A DNA stretch of 64,000 bases from Thiovulum sp. ES (GTDB lineage Bacteria; Campylobacterota; Campylobacteria; Campylobacterales; Thiovulaceae): the NCBI GenBank assembly GCA_000276965.1, contig AKKQ01000003.1, positions 462 to 64,461 on the forward strand, written 5' to 3'. How positions within the stretch are numbered: the first letter of the stretch is position 1; the number at the start of each line of letters is the position of its first letter. A model generated the notes under the pieces. That model was not told the origin of the DNA and searched no databases. It saw only the letters and a list, made by a program, of their open reading frames with translations. A program made the position numbers and the translations under genes. Shown in pieces: positions 1-8,521 of the stretch.

Positions 1-161
1 TCAAGACCACTTTTTTCTGAAAGTTCGTGAATAATTGGAAGCCACTTCTTTACTAAAACTGCGGGACTTTGCTGAGGAACAACCCCAAAATTTAAACTCT
101 TTCCAAAGAGTATAGTTGAAAATAATAAATATAAAACAATCTTTAATACAAAATTTCTTTG
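1..161 (-). CDS. 5' portion of a periplasmic substrate-binding protein gene (PhnD/phosphonate-ABC-like); the gene continues past the window start
   Basis: Not in the ORF track because it is truncated. The reverse frame reads ..LKIVLYLLFSTILFGKSLNFGVVPQQSPAVLVKKWLPIIHELSEKSGL. That is a signal-like hydrophobic stretch followed by an FGVVPQ..P....W.P pattern I associate with PhnD-family binding proteins. There is an in-frame stop at 162-164. I saw no in-frame ATG/GTG/TTG, so the start is unresolved. Confidence 0.3.
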
Positions 162-258
162 CTAAATTATACAATTTTAAAACTATGAGAATTTTGTAAT
201 TTTAGAGTCTCTTTTTTGTGAGAATATTGACATATCAAAATTTTTAAAATGGTAATTC

Positions 259-1977
259 ATGATAGATGTCGAGAAAATTGTAAAAAGTAAATATCCCAAA
301 ATTGAGAAATATCCAAAAATTCTTTACAAGCCTTTTATTTTTTTCTTAAAGAGGTTTTTTCACGAAAAAGATATCAATGAGTTTTTGGCTGAAAGCAGTG
401 ATTTAGATGGATTTGATTTTATAGAATCTGTTCTTGACTATTTTAATTTTCGATACATGGCTTCAAACATCGAAAAAGAAAATATACCAACGGAGGGTCG
501 AGTGATGATTATTGCAAATCATCCGCTTGGTGCGTTGGATGCTCTTGCTCTTCTAAAGTTGGTAAGTGAAGTTCGGAAAGATATTAAAATTGTTGCAAAT
601 GATATGTTGTATTCTATTCCGCCGATGAGGTCCCTACTTTTACCAATTGACAATATGGAAAAACGATACACAAAAGAGAGTATAAAAGCCATTTATTCCT
701 CTTTAAAAAATGAAGAAGTTGTCATTATTTTTCCATCAGGTGAAGTTTCTCGTGCAAATCCAACAGGAATTAAAGACACAAAATGGAGAGATGGATTTTT
801 GAAATTTGCGAAAAAAACAGGAACTCCAATTCTCCCAATTTTTATAAAAGCTAGAAACTCATTCTCTTTTTACACACTTTCGTCAATCAATAAAAACTTT
901 TCTTCATTTATGCTTGTTGATGAAATGTTTAAGCAAAAGGATAAAGGTCTTCATTTCTCAATTGGAGGACTAATTCCAGCTGAAAACCTAAACTTTGGCG
1001 GTCTTGACACAAGCTCTACTGTTAAACTTCTAAAAAAGCATCTTTGGAAAATCTCAAAAGGCAAAAAAGGTATTTTTCAAACCCAAAAAGGAATTGCTCA
1101 TCCTGAAAGTCGCCAAGAATTAAAAAGAGAACTTTCTGAAACTTGCCAATTTATTGGAAAAACAAACGACCACAAAGATATTTATCTTTTTGAACATAGC
1201 GAAAGATCTATTATTTTAAAAGAGCTTGGGCGACTTCGAGAAGTTACATTTCGAAAAGTTGGCGAAGGTAGTGGAAAAAAACGAGACAAAGACAAATATG
1301 ATAAATATTACAAACATATAATTCTTTGGGACGATTATAATTTAGAGATTGTTGGCTCTTACAGAATAGGTGTTGTTTCTGAAATTGTTGAAAAGTTTGG
1401 TACAAGTGGTCTTTATACCTCTACACTCTTCCACTTTGGAGAAGAGTTCAAACCATATTTAGAAAACTCTATTGAACTTGGTCGAAGTTTTGTTCAACCT
1501 AAATATTGGGGAAGTCGTGCCTTGGACTCTCTCTGGTTTGGGATTGGTGCTTTTCTTCGTGCAAATCCTCAAATCAAATATATGTTCGGAACTGTTTCTC
1601 TCTCAAATTCACATCCAAAAGTCGCACAAGAGCAAATTATATATTTTTATCAAAACTTTTTTGGACAAAATGGAATTGTAGAATCCAAGAATAAAGTTTT
1701 AATTTCCGAGACCTCATCGCTAAAAAATACTTTTTCTGAAGAATCCTATTTAAAAAACATGGTCGTTCTAAAACGAAATCTCAAAGAACTAAATTTAACA
1801 ATTCCAACCCTATTTAAACAATATACTGAACTTTGTGAAAAAGGAGGGGTCAAATTTCTTGACTTTGGAGTTGATACAGATTTCAATAATGCTATCGATG
1901 GTTTTATTCTTGTTGATGTCCATTCTATTAAAGAAAATAAGCGAAAAAGATACATCGACAACGGTTTAGATTCTTAG
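259..1977 (+). CDS. Bifunctional acyltransferase, OlsF-like (N-terminal lysophospholipid-type O-acyltransferase fused to a C-terminal OlsB-like N-acyltransferase); putative ornithine/amino-lipid synthase
   Basis: 572 aa. The N-terminal half has acyltransferase motifs (IIANHPLGALDA, FPSGEVSR). The C-terminal half has the OlsB/GNAT-like pattern (LREVTFRKVGEGSGKKRDKDKYDKYYKHIILWD..LEIVGSYRI). Two-domain order and length match what I recall for OlsF. Confidence 0.6.
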   Translation: MIDVEKIVKSKYPKIEKYPKILYKPFIFFLKRFFHEKDINEFLAESSDLDGFDFIESVLDYFNFRYMASNIEKENIPTEGRVMIIANHPLGALDALALLKLVSEVRKDIKIVANDMLYSIPPMRSLLLPIDNMEKRYTKESIKAIYSSLKNEEVVIIFPSGEVSRANPTGIKDTKWRDGFLKFAKKTGTPILPIFIKARNSFSFYTLSSINKNFSSFMLVDEMFKQKDKGLHFSIGGLIPAENLNFGGLDTSSTVKLLKKHLWKISKGKKGIFQTQKGIAHPESRQELKRELSETCQFIGKTNDHKDIYLFEHSERSIILKELGRLREVTFRKVGEGSGKKRDKDKYDKYYKHIILWDDYNLEIVGSYRIGVVSEIVEKFGTSGLYTSTLFHFGEEFKPYLENSIELGRSFVQPKYWGSRALDSLWFGIGAFLRANPQIKYMFGTVSLSNSHPKVAQEQIIYFYQNFFGQNGIVESKNKVLISETSSLKNTFSEESYLKNMVVLKRNLKELNLTIPTLFKQYTELCEKGGVKFLDFGVDTDFNNAIDGFILVDVHSIKENKRKRYIDNGLDS

Positions 1978-1986
1978 AATTTTCTC

Positions 1987-2013
1987 TAAATTGTCTTTTT
2001 GTAAAGACGATAC
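1987..2013 (+). promoter_or_regulatory. Sigma28 (FliA)-type promoter upstream of the flagellin gene
   Basis: TAAA (1987-1990), a 15-nt spacer, then GACGATAC (2006-2013). The textbook sigma28 consensus is TAAA-N15-GCCGATAA. It lies 34 nt upstream of the ATG at 2047, and an AAGGG Shine-Dalgarno sits near 2034. Confidence 0.55.
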
Positions 2014-2046
2014 TATAAAGTAGATAAAAAATAAAGGGTTATATTT

Positions 2047-3579
2047 ATGAGTTATGTTATCAACACAAATATAGCAAGTATGAACGCTTATGCTCAATCT
2101 TCAAAAAGCAACAAAGCTTTAGCTGCTTCTCTTGAAAAATTAAGTTCTGGTGAAAGAATTAATAGAGCTGCTGATGACTCATCTGGTATGGCAATTGCTG
2201 ATGGTCTTCGATCTCAAGCAAATGCAATTGGTCAAGCTATCACAAATGCAAACGATGGTATCGGTATCATCCAAATTGCTGACAAAGCTATGGCTGAACA
2301 AGTAAATATCATTGATGCTATCAAAACTAAAGCTACTCAAGCTGCACAAGATGCTCAATCTTCAGAGAGCCGACGAGCTATCCAAACTGATATTCGACAA
2401 CTAATGGCTCAATTAGACAATATAGCTTCAACTACTAATTTTAATGGAAAACAACTATTATCAGGTAATTTTGTAAATAAAGAGTTCCAAGTTGGTGCAT
2501 TCAGTCGAAATACTGTTTCTGCTTCTATTTCTGCGACAAGCTCAGATAAAATCGGACACATCAGAACTGAAACTTCTGCTTCTAATGAGAGTGGAAATGG
2601 TATCACTGAAGGTACTGCTCTTCTTAAATTTGAAGGAACAAATATCCCTGGTGGTTCTATGACTATCGAGTCTGTTGAAATCGGATACGAAGCTGGTCAA
2701 GGTATTGGTGTTCTTTCTGAAGCAATCAACAGAAATAGTGATGTTCTTGGTGTTCGAGCTTCTTACAAAACTGAAAGTATTGGTAGTGCTGCTGTTTCTG
2801 CAGGTGATGTTGAAAACTTAGTTATCAATGGAACTACAATCGGTAGTATTTCTGGTATTTCAGCAAATGACTCTGATGGACGACTTGCTGCTGCAATCAA
2901 TGATTTCAAAAATGACACTGGTGTTGTTGCGACAATTGACGAAAGAGGACATTTAAGACTTACATCTTCTGATGGTCGTGGAATTAATATTGAATCTGGA
3001 AATGCTGGTGTAAATACATTGAATGATATTGCTGGGGTTTCTGAAGGTTTCAATGGCGGTCGATTAACTCTTACATCAATGGGAGCAAAAGATATTATTG
3101 TTTCTGATGTATCTGTTAATGCTGATGGAACTGGTGGTGTTCTCTCAAATGCACTTTCAAACTCTTCAGATGCAAATATCAACTTAAGAAGTATGCTTGG
3201 TGGATTTACTGGTGGAGAAGCTGATGCAATCGGTGCTTACTCTTCTGAAAATATGTTTGGATACGGTGCAGGACTAACAGCTGGTGTTACAACTCTTGAG
3301 GGTGCTATGGTTGTTATGGACATTGCAGATGCTTCTTTAAAACAACTTGACCTTATGAGATCTAACTTAGGTTCTATTCAAAATCAATTTGAGGCAACAG
3401 TTTCTAACTTGCAAGTTGCTGAAGTAACAATCAAAGCTAGTGAGTCTGCAATTCGAGATGTTGATTTCGCAAAAGAGACTGCTAACTTCTCAAAAAATAA
3501 TATTCTTGTTCAATCTGGTGCTTATGCTCTTTCACAAGCAAATATTGTTCAACAAAATGTTTTAAGACTTCTCCAATAA
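2047..3579 (+). CDS. flaA: Flagellin
   Basis: 510 aa. Conserved flagellin N-terminus (INTNIASMNAYAQ..LEKLSSGERINRAADDSSGMAIAD) and C-terminus (LGSIQNQFEATVSNL..ESAIRDVDFAKETANFSKNNILVQSGAYALSQAN). The central region is variable. The flaA (rather than flaB) label rests only on the sigma28-like promoter. Confidence 0.9.
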   Translation: MSYVINTNIASMNAYAQSSKSNKALAASLEKLSSGERINRAADDSSGMAIADGLRSQANAIGQAITNANDGIGIIQIADKAMAEQVNIIDAIKTKATQAAQDAQSSESRRAIQTDIRQLMAQLDNIASTTNFNGKQLLSGNFVNKEFQVGAFSRNTVSASISATSSDKIGHIRTETSASNESGNGITEGTALLKFEGTNIPGGSMTIESVEIGYEAGQGIGVLSEAINRNSDVLGVRASYKTESIGSAAVSAGDVENLVINGTTIGSISGISANDSDGRLAAAINDFKNDTGVVATIDERGHLRLTSSDGRGINIESGNAGVNTLNDIAGVSEGFNGGRLTLTSMGAKDIIVSDVSVNADGTGGVLSNALSNSSDANINLRSMLGGFTGGEADAIGAYSSENMFGYGAGLTAGVTTLEGAMVVMDIADASLKQLDLMRSNLGSIQNQFEATVSNLQVAEVTIKASESAIRDVDFAKETANFSKNNILVQSGAYALSQANIVQQNVLRLLQ

Positions 3580-3600
3580 TAACTTCTTAAAACTCATTTT

Positions 3601-3624
3601 TTTACGGTAATTTTTTACCGTAAA
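3601..3624 (+). terminator. Hairpin terminator after the flagellin gene
   Basis: TTTACGGTAA (3601-3610), loop TTTT, TTACCGTAAA (3615-3624), giving a 10-bp stem. It lies 22 nt after the stop codon, and a T-rich tract follows a few nt later. Confidence 0.6.
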
Positions 3625-3694
3625 ACCCCTTTATTTTTCTTACATTAAGCTAATTTAGATATAATCTATATACTTCACAAAATGGATTTTTTAG

Positions 3695-5890
3695 ATGGCA
3701 ACAGCAAAAACAACAAGTGCAAAAGAGAAAGCTTTAGAATCTGCTCTAAAAGAGATCGATAAGAAATTTGGAAAACATACCTTAATTAGAATTGGTGATA
3801 AAGAGATTGAGAAAATTCCGTCAATTAGTACGGGTTCGATCGGACTTGATTTATCATTAGGAATTGGTGGTTTGCCAGTTGGTAGAGTTATTGAGATTTA
3901 TGGACCAGAAAGTTCAGGAAAAACTACACTTTCATTACAAACAATTGCCGAAGCACAAAAAAAAGGTATGCGATGTGGATTTATCGATGCCGAACATGCA
4001 ATTGATATTCAATATGCAAAAAATTTAGGTGTTGATGTAGAAAATTTATATTTATCCCAACCAGACTACGGAGAACAAGCTTTAGAAATTACTGAAACAA
4101 TGGCAAGAAGTGGTGCTTTTGACCTCATCGTTATCGATTCCGTTGCGGCACTTGTTCCAAAAGTTGAGATTGAAGGAACAATTGAAGATCAGCAAGTTGG
4201 TGTTCAAGCTAGATTAATGAGTAAAGCACTTCGACGACTCGCTTCAGTTTTACACGATATGAATGCGACTGTGATTTTTATAAATCAATTACGACAAAAA
4301 ATAGGTGTTATTGGTTACGGGTGTTTCCATCATGACACACTTTTAAATTTTGCAGATGGTCGTTCACTTCCAATTGGTGAAGTTGTTGATAATAAAATTA
4401 AAGGTGAAGTTTTTTGTATCAATGAAAAAACAGGCGAAATCGAAACAAAACCTATTACAGCTTGGCACGATAATGGCAAAGTTGAAAAACATGAAGATTT
4501 TATACATTTCCAAACTCAGTCAATTAATGGTAGAGATAGATTTGGTTTTACAGCAACTCGAAAACATGAAATTCTTACAGATAGTGGATGGAAAACGGCA
4601 GAAGAAATTAGCTTTGAAGATAAATTAACTTCTAAATATTTAGAAACAGCGAATGGAACTTATGGGGAATTTTTAAGAGGTGTTTTTGTTGGAGATAGCA
4701 GAATTTCGATTAGAGATAAAAATACCGCAAATTTAAGACTTCAAGATAATTCAAATGCAGACTATGTAAATTGGAAACTTGATAAGTTGCAAAAATTTCT
4801 AAATTTCAATGAGTTGAAAGTTGAAAAAGGTTATCGATATGATTCTGAATTCAGTTATGAATTTGCAAAAATTAAAAGAGAACTTGGCGAACAAGATCCA
4901 ATTTATATGCTGGAAAATTATTCTCCTTTAAGTTTGGCAGTTTGGTATATGGATGATGGAAGCTACTATTCTGAAGACTATCACAGCAGAAGTGCTATTT
5001 CAATTGGACGATACAGAAATCAGACTCAAAAATTAAATGAGATTTTAGAGATTTTTAAATCTAAAACAGGCATTGATGAGGTAAGTATTCAAGATTCAAA
5101 ACTTCAATTTACAAAAAATGGAACAGATAAATTGGCAGAAATCATTTCAAAATATGTTCCCGACTCAATGCAATATAAATTGCCTAAAGATTTTAGAGGA
5201 AAATATGTTGATTTTGAACTAGAAAACAGTCCAAAATTGGTAACAGATTTTGTTGAAATTAAAGAGATTAGAGAAGCTTCTGACAGACAAATGAGAAATA
5301 AACGAAAATTTGATATTTCCATTGCGGACAACAAAAACTATATGGTTGGTGGTTCTCAAAATGGTGTAATTGTTCATAACAGTAACGAAACTACGACAGG
5401 GGGGAATGCACTTAAATTTTATGCTTCTATAAGACTCGATGTGAGACGAATTGCCAGTTTAAAAAATGGCGATGATATTATCGGAAATCGGACGAAAGTT
5501 AAAATTGTAAAAAACAAAGTTGCACCTCCTTTTAAAATTACTGAATTTGACATTATTTTTGGAAAAGGTGTTAGTAAAGTTGGTGAAGTGGTTGATTATG
5601 CCGTTAAATTTGATTTCATCGAAAAAAGTGGAGCTTGGTTCAGTTACAACGACAGAAAAATTGGACAAGGTCGAGAAAATGCGAAAAAATTTCTACTAGA
5701 TAATCCTGAAGTGATGAAAGAAGTCGAAGAAAAAGTTATTGCAAAATTGAAACCTGCTCCTGAAGAGATGAGTGAAGCTGAGAAAAAAGAGGCAATAAAA
5801 GAGAATGTTGATGAAACTTCAGAAGAGAAACCAAAAAAGACAACTCGAAAAAGAGCAACTAAAACAGAAGAAAAAAGTTCGGAAGAATGA
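3695..5890 (+). CDS. recA: Recombinase RecA interrupted by an in-frame intein (the extein totals about 378 aa and has a Lys/Glu-rich C-terminal tail)
   Basis: 731 aa. Walker A is GPESSGKTT. It also has FIDAEHA and [15 protein letters not shown] | intein | [23 protein letters not shown]...[12 protein letters not shown]. Confidence 0.95.
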   Translation: MATAKTTSAKEKALESALKEIDKKFGKHTLIRIGDKEIEKIPSISTGSIGLDLSLGIGGLPVGRVIEIYGPESSGKTTLSLQTIAEAQKKGMRCGFIDAEHAIDIQYAKNLGVDVENLYLSQPDYGEQALEITETMARSGAFDLIVIDSVAALVPKVEIEGTIEDQQVGVQARLMSKALRRLASVLHDMNATVIFINQLRQKIGVIGYGCFHHDTLLNFADGRSLPIGEVVDNKIKGEVFCINEKTGEIETKPITAWHDNGKVEKHEDFIHFQTQSINGRDRFGFTATRKHEILTDSGWKTAEEISFEDKLTSKYLETANGTYGEFLRGVFVGDSRISIRDKNTANLRLQDNSNADYVNWKLDKLQKFLNFNELKVEKGYRYDSEFSYEFAKIKRELGEQDPIYMLENYSPLSLAVWYMDDGSYYSEDYHSRSAISIGRYRNQTQKLNEILEIFKSKTGIDEVSIQDSKLQFTKNGTDKLAEIISKYVPDSMQYKLPKDFRGKYVDFELENSPKLVTDFVEIKEIREASDRQMRNKRKFDISIADNKNYMVGGSQNGVIVHNSNETTTGGNALKFYASIRLDVRRIASLKNGDDIIGNRTKVKIVKNKVAPPFKITEFDIIFGKGVSKVGEVVDYAVKFDFIEKSGAWFSYNDRKIGQGRENAKKFLLDNPEVMKEVEEKVIAKLKPAPEEMSEAEKKEAIKENVDETSEEKPKKTTRKRATKTEEKSSEE
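4322..5380 (+). mobile_element. RecA intein (353 aa) with a LAGLIDADG-type homing-endonuclease core
   Basis: Starts with the Cys codon TGT at 4322-4324, directly after ..GVIGYG. Ends ..GVIVHN (AAC 5378-5380), followed by Ser (+1). Block-B-like TRKH is present. LAGLIDADG-like motifs are [11 protein letters not shown] and [11 protein letters not shown]. Block F/G is [25 protein letters not shown]. The frame was checked against the recA start. Confidence 0.9.
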
Positions 5891-6057
5891 GAAATACTAT
5901 AATTCTTCTGTTTTTAGCAATTCCGCTTTTTGCATGTGAAACAAAAGAAATTTTTATTTGCGATGTAAATGAGACTATCGAGTCTCTCCCTGAAAATTTT
6001 GATGGTGATGAGGTCGATTTAGGAATTGCGGAAGAATTATTCCAATTTGAGAATTAG
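5887..6057 (+). CDS. Small putative lipoprotein (56 aa), below the ORF-track cutoff
   Basis: The ATG at 5887 overlaps the recA stop (ATGA). Sequence: [56 protein letters not shown]. It has a signal peptide with an LFAC lipobox-like end. The stop TAG is at 6055-6057, just before the queH ATG at 6060. Confidence 0.4.
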   Translation: MRNTIILLFLAIPLFACETKEIFICDVNETIESLPENFDGDEVDLGIAEELFQFEN

Positions 6058-6059
6058 TA

Positions 6060-7112
6060 ATGCTTGTTCATATTTGTTGTAGTGTTGATAGCCACTTTTT
6101 TTTAGAATCCCTAAAAAGGGATTTTCCTGATAAAGAATTTGTTGGATTTTTCTATGATCCAAATATTCATCCATATAGCGAATATAAATTAAGACTTCTC
6201 GATGTTCGGCGAAGTTGTAAGATTTTGGATATTCCACTTATTGAGGGTGAGTATGATTATGAAAAATGGTTAAAGCAAGTTCATGGTTTAGAGGATGAAC
6301 CTGAAAAAGGGGAACGATGTAAAGTCTGTTTTGATAATCGTCTCGAAGTTAGTGTCAAAAAAGCAGTAGAACTTGGAAAAGATAGTTTTACAACTTCTCT
6401 TCTTGTTTCGCCAAAAAAATCACAAGATAGACTTTTAGAAATTGGAAATCAACTCGGAAAAGAGTATGGAATAGATTTTATTTTTAAAGATTATCGCTCA
6501 AGCGGTGGAATGCAAAAACAGGCGAAAACCGTAAAAAGCAATAATTTGTATCGCCAAGACTATTGCGGTTGTATGTTTGCTTTAAAAAAACAGAGAGAAC
6601 AGCAAGAACGAGAGCAAATTGAGACATACTCGTCAATTGGAAACGAGATTCTTCCCGCATCAATTGAAGAAAAATTTCACAACTACTCAAAAATGAAAAC
6701 ATGTTTTGAAGAGTCAAAAGAGAATATTTTAAATTATCGAATTCATAAAGGTCGAGTTTTGCACAAAAAAGAGGTCGTTCCCTCATATTTTCTGTTTTAC
6801 TCTTTTTCTGAACGAAATAGAATTTCTGGACGAATTGAAAGAATCGCTGATGAGGTCGCCTATTTAAATCGTGAAAGTGTAAAAATTATTACTATTTATT
6901 TTGTACGGAAATTCTTTGACGATAAAAAATTATCCCTCCCAAACTTACAAATCTCTGTTCAAAAACAGATTGAGTTGAGAGGTGTAATTGATAAAAATCC
7001 TTACTCTCTTTCTCCAATTATTGTTTTAAATGAAATTCCAGATGGCAAAGTTGATATTGAACTCGAAGCAAAAATCTTTCCTTCGATAGTCCAGAACTTT
7101 TCAGAAAATTAA
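6060..7112 (+). CDS. queH: Epoxyqueuosine reductase QueH (DUF208) with a C-terminal extension of about 170 aa of unknown function
   Basis: The N-terminal 180 aa or so carries DUF208 hallmarks: LVHICCSVDS, FFYDPNIHPYSEY, GERCKVCFDNRL, FTTSLLVSPKK, LYRQDYCGCMFAL. I did not recognise the rest (about residues 185-350). Confidence 0.7.
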   Translation: MLVHICCSVDSHFFLESLKRDFPDKEFVGFFYDPNIHPYSEYKLRLLDVRRSCKILDIPLIEGEYDYEKWLKQVHGLEDEPEKGERCKVCFDNRLEVSVKKAVELGKDSFTTSLLVSPKKSQDRLLEIGNQLGKEYGIDFIFKDYRSSGGMQKQAKTVKSNNLYRQDYCGCMFALKKQREQQEREQIETYSSIGNEILPASIEEKFHNYSKMKTCFEESKENILNYRIHKGRVLHKKEVVPSYFLFYSFSERNRISGRIERIADEVAYLNRESVKIITIYFVRKFFDDKKLSLPNLQISVQKQIELRGVIDKNPYSLSPIIVLNEIPDGKVDIELEAKIFPSIVQNFSEN

Positions 7113-7639
7113 ATTTTTTTTCCCGTTCTGTTTTGATATTTGAAAACTGTTTTTTTCCAATTCTCACTTTTAATTTCTCGACTAAAACTATTTACAATAA
7201 ATTGTTCGTCTTTTATTTCAAGAATTGCCACTTTACTTCTTGGAAAATCCCTCGCACAAGCTTCCCCAGAATTGACAAGGATTGTGTCATCATAGACTTG
7301 CGAGTGGAAAATATGAGTATGTCCATAAATTAAAACATCAGTATCTTTTGTCATGTAATAAGGATGATGCATCAACTTAAAAGTGTAATCTTTTATTTTG
7401 AAATAGTAGGGTTCTTGAACAAGATTATATTGATTGTGATACTGGTAAAGTGCCATATCATTATTTCCATAAACAGCAAGATAGACGATCTGTTTCTCTT
7501 CTAAATAGTCAAGAACCTCTTTTTTTACTATATCTCCAGCATGAATAATATATTCAGCACCCTCTTGTAAAAGAAGATCAATTGCCTTTTTTGCACGACC
7601 AATTTTCTTGTGTGTATCTGAAATAATGCCGATTTTCAC
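7109..7639 (-). CDS. Metallophosphoesterase, YfcE/MJ0936 family
   Basis: 176 aa with the motifs ISDTH, HAGDI, YGNND and GHTH in canonical order. Confidence 0.8.
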   Translation of the reverse strand: MKIGIISDTHKKIGRAKKAIDLLLQEGAEYIIHAGDIVKKEVLDYLEEKQIVYLAVYGNNDMALYQYHNQYNLVQEPYYFKIKDYTFKLMHHPYYMTKDTDVLIYGHTHIFHSQVYDDTILVNSGEACARDFPRSKVAILEIKDEQFIVNSFSREIKSENWKKTVFKYQNRTGKKI

Positions 7640-7692
7640 GACTTTTCCCTGTATTAATTTATTGTTGAAATTCTATCGGAAAAGAGAAATTC

Positions 7693-8484
7693 TCAAACCA
7701 TAGAACTTTTGATTTCTGGAAGAGCTTTTTTGTAGCAACTATCTAAATTCCTATCAACAATGTAGAGAACTGCGCCATCAATTTTATTATGTTCAGCCAT
7801 ATCTTTTAAAATTTTCATGATAATTTTTGGTTCGAGACCTTTTCGGTACGGACGATTTTGGGCAAGAGCTTGAAAAATATCAGCAACCGCGACAATTCGA
7901 GCAAGAAGCGGAATCTCCTCTTTTCCCTTTTCAAAAAAGATTTCAACTCGATCTTTATCTTTTATAATATTGACTGGATCACTTTTTTGGAGAACTTTTA
8001 AGAAAGCGTCAATTAAATTGGTATAAAAAAGAGTGTTCCTATTTCCCTCAAGAATTTTCAAAACCTCATCAACAGTTCTTCCAGTTGCAATTAAAATATC
8101 AATTCTATCTGCAAGATATGTGATATTTGCTCTTTCACGAATAGAAATATCAGTTTTTTTTGGAAGTTCATTACAATGAGTGTGATGATAAAAAATTGTT
8201 GGTGCATATTTCTTAAAAATTGGTGTATCGATAAGTAATTTGCTTCCACGAACACAATGTTCATGACTATTTTCCCAATCAAGTTCATTGATAAGTTTTG
8301 CATGTGTTACAGTTGATGAGACTCCGCAATCGTGAAGAAGTCCCTCAAAAATAATATCGTTTATATCTTCTTCTGAATATCCAATCTCTTTAGCGATGAG
8401 GTGCGATAAAAAACTGACTCTCTTGCCATGAAAAATATCATCAATTCCAACATAGTCAAGTGCAAGTTGAGAGAGAATAAACAA
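7693..8484 (-). CDS. HD-domain protein, degenerate HD-GYP-like
   Basis: 263 aa with LLHDCG and HHTHCNELP (where HD-GYP proteins carry HHE..GYP), plus VAVADIFQALAQNRPYRKG. TTG start. Confidence 0.5.
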   Translation of the reverse strand: MFILSQLALDYVGIDDIFHGKRVSFLSHLIAKEIGYSEEDINDIIFEGLLHDCGVSSTVTHAKLINELDWENSHEHCVRGSKLLIDTPIFKKYAPTIFYHHTHCNELPKKTDISIRERANITYLADRIDILIATGRTVDEVLKILEGNRNTLFYTNLIDAFLKVLQKSDPVNIIKDKDRVEIFFEKGKEEIPLLARIVAVADIFQALAQNRPYRKGLEPKIIMKILKDMAEHNKIDGAVLYIVDRNLDSCYKKALPEIKSSMV

Positions 8485-8521
8485 CCTCTCTTAAATTTAT
8501 TTTGTAAGGCATTTTTAAACC

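Noticed and set aside
2409-3182. ORFs of 65 and 139 aa lie antisense to the flagellin gene.
   Set aside because: They lie entirely inside a confidently identified gene on the other strand. They have odd composition (Pro/Ser/Thr/Ala-rich mirror of the Gly/Ala/Ser codons) and no start context.
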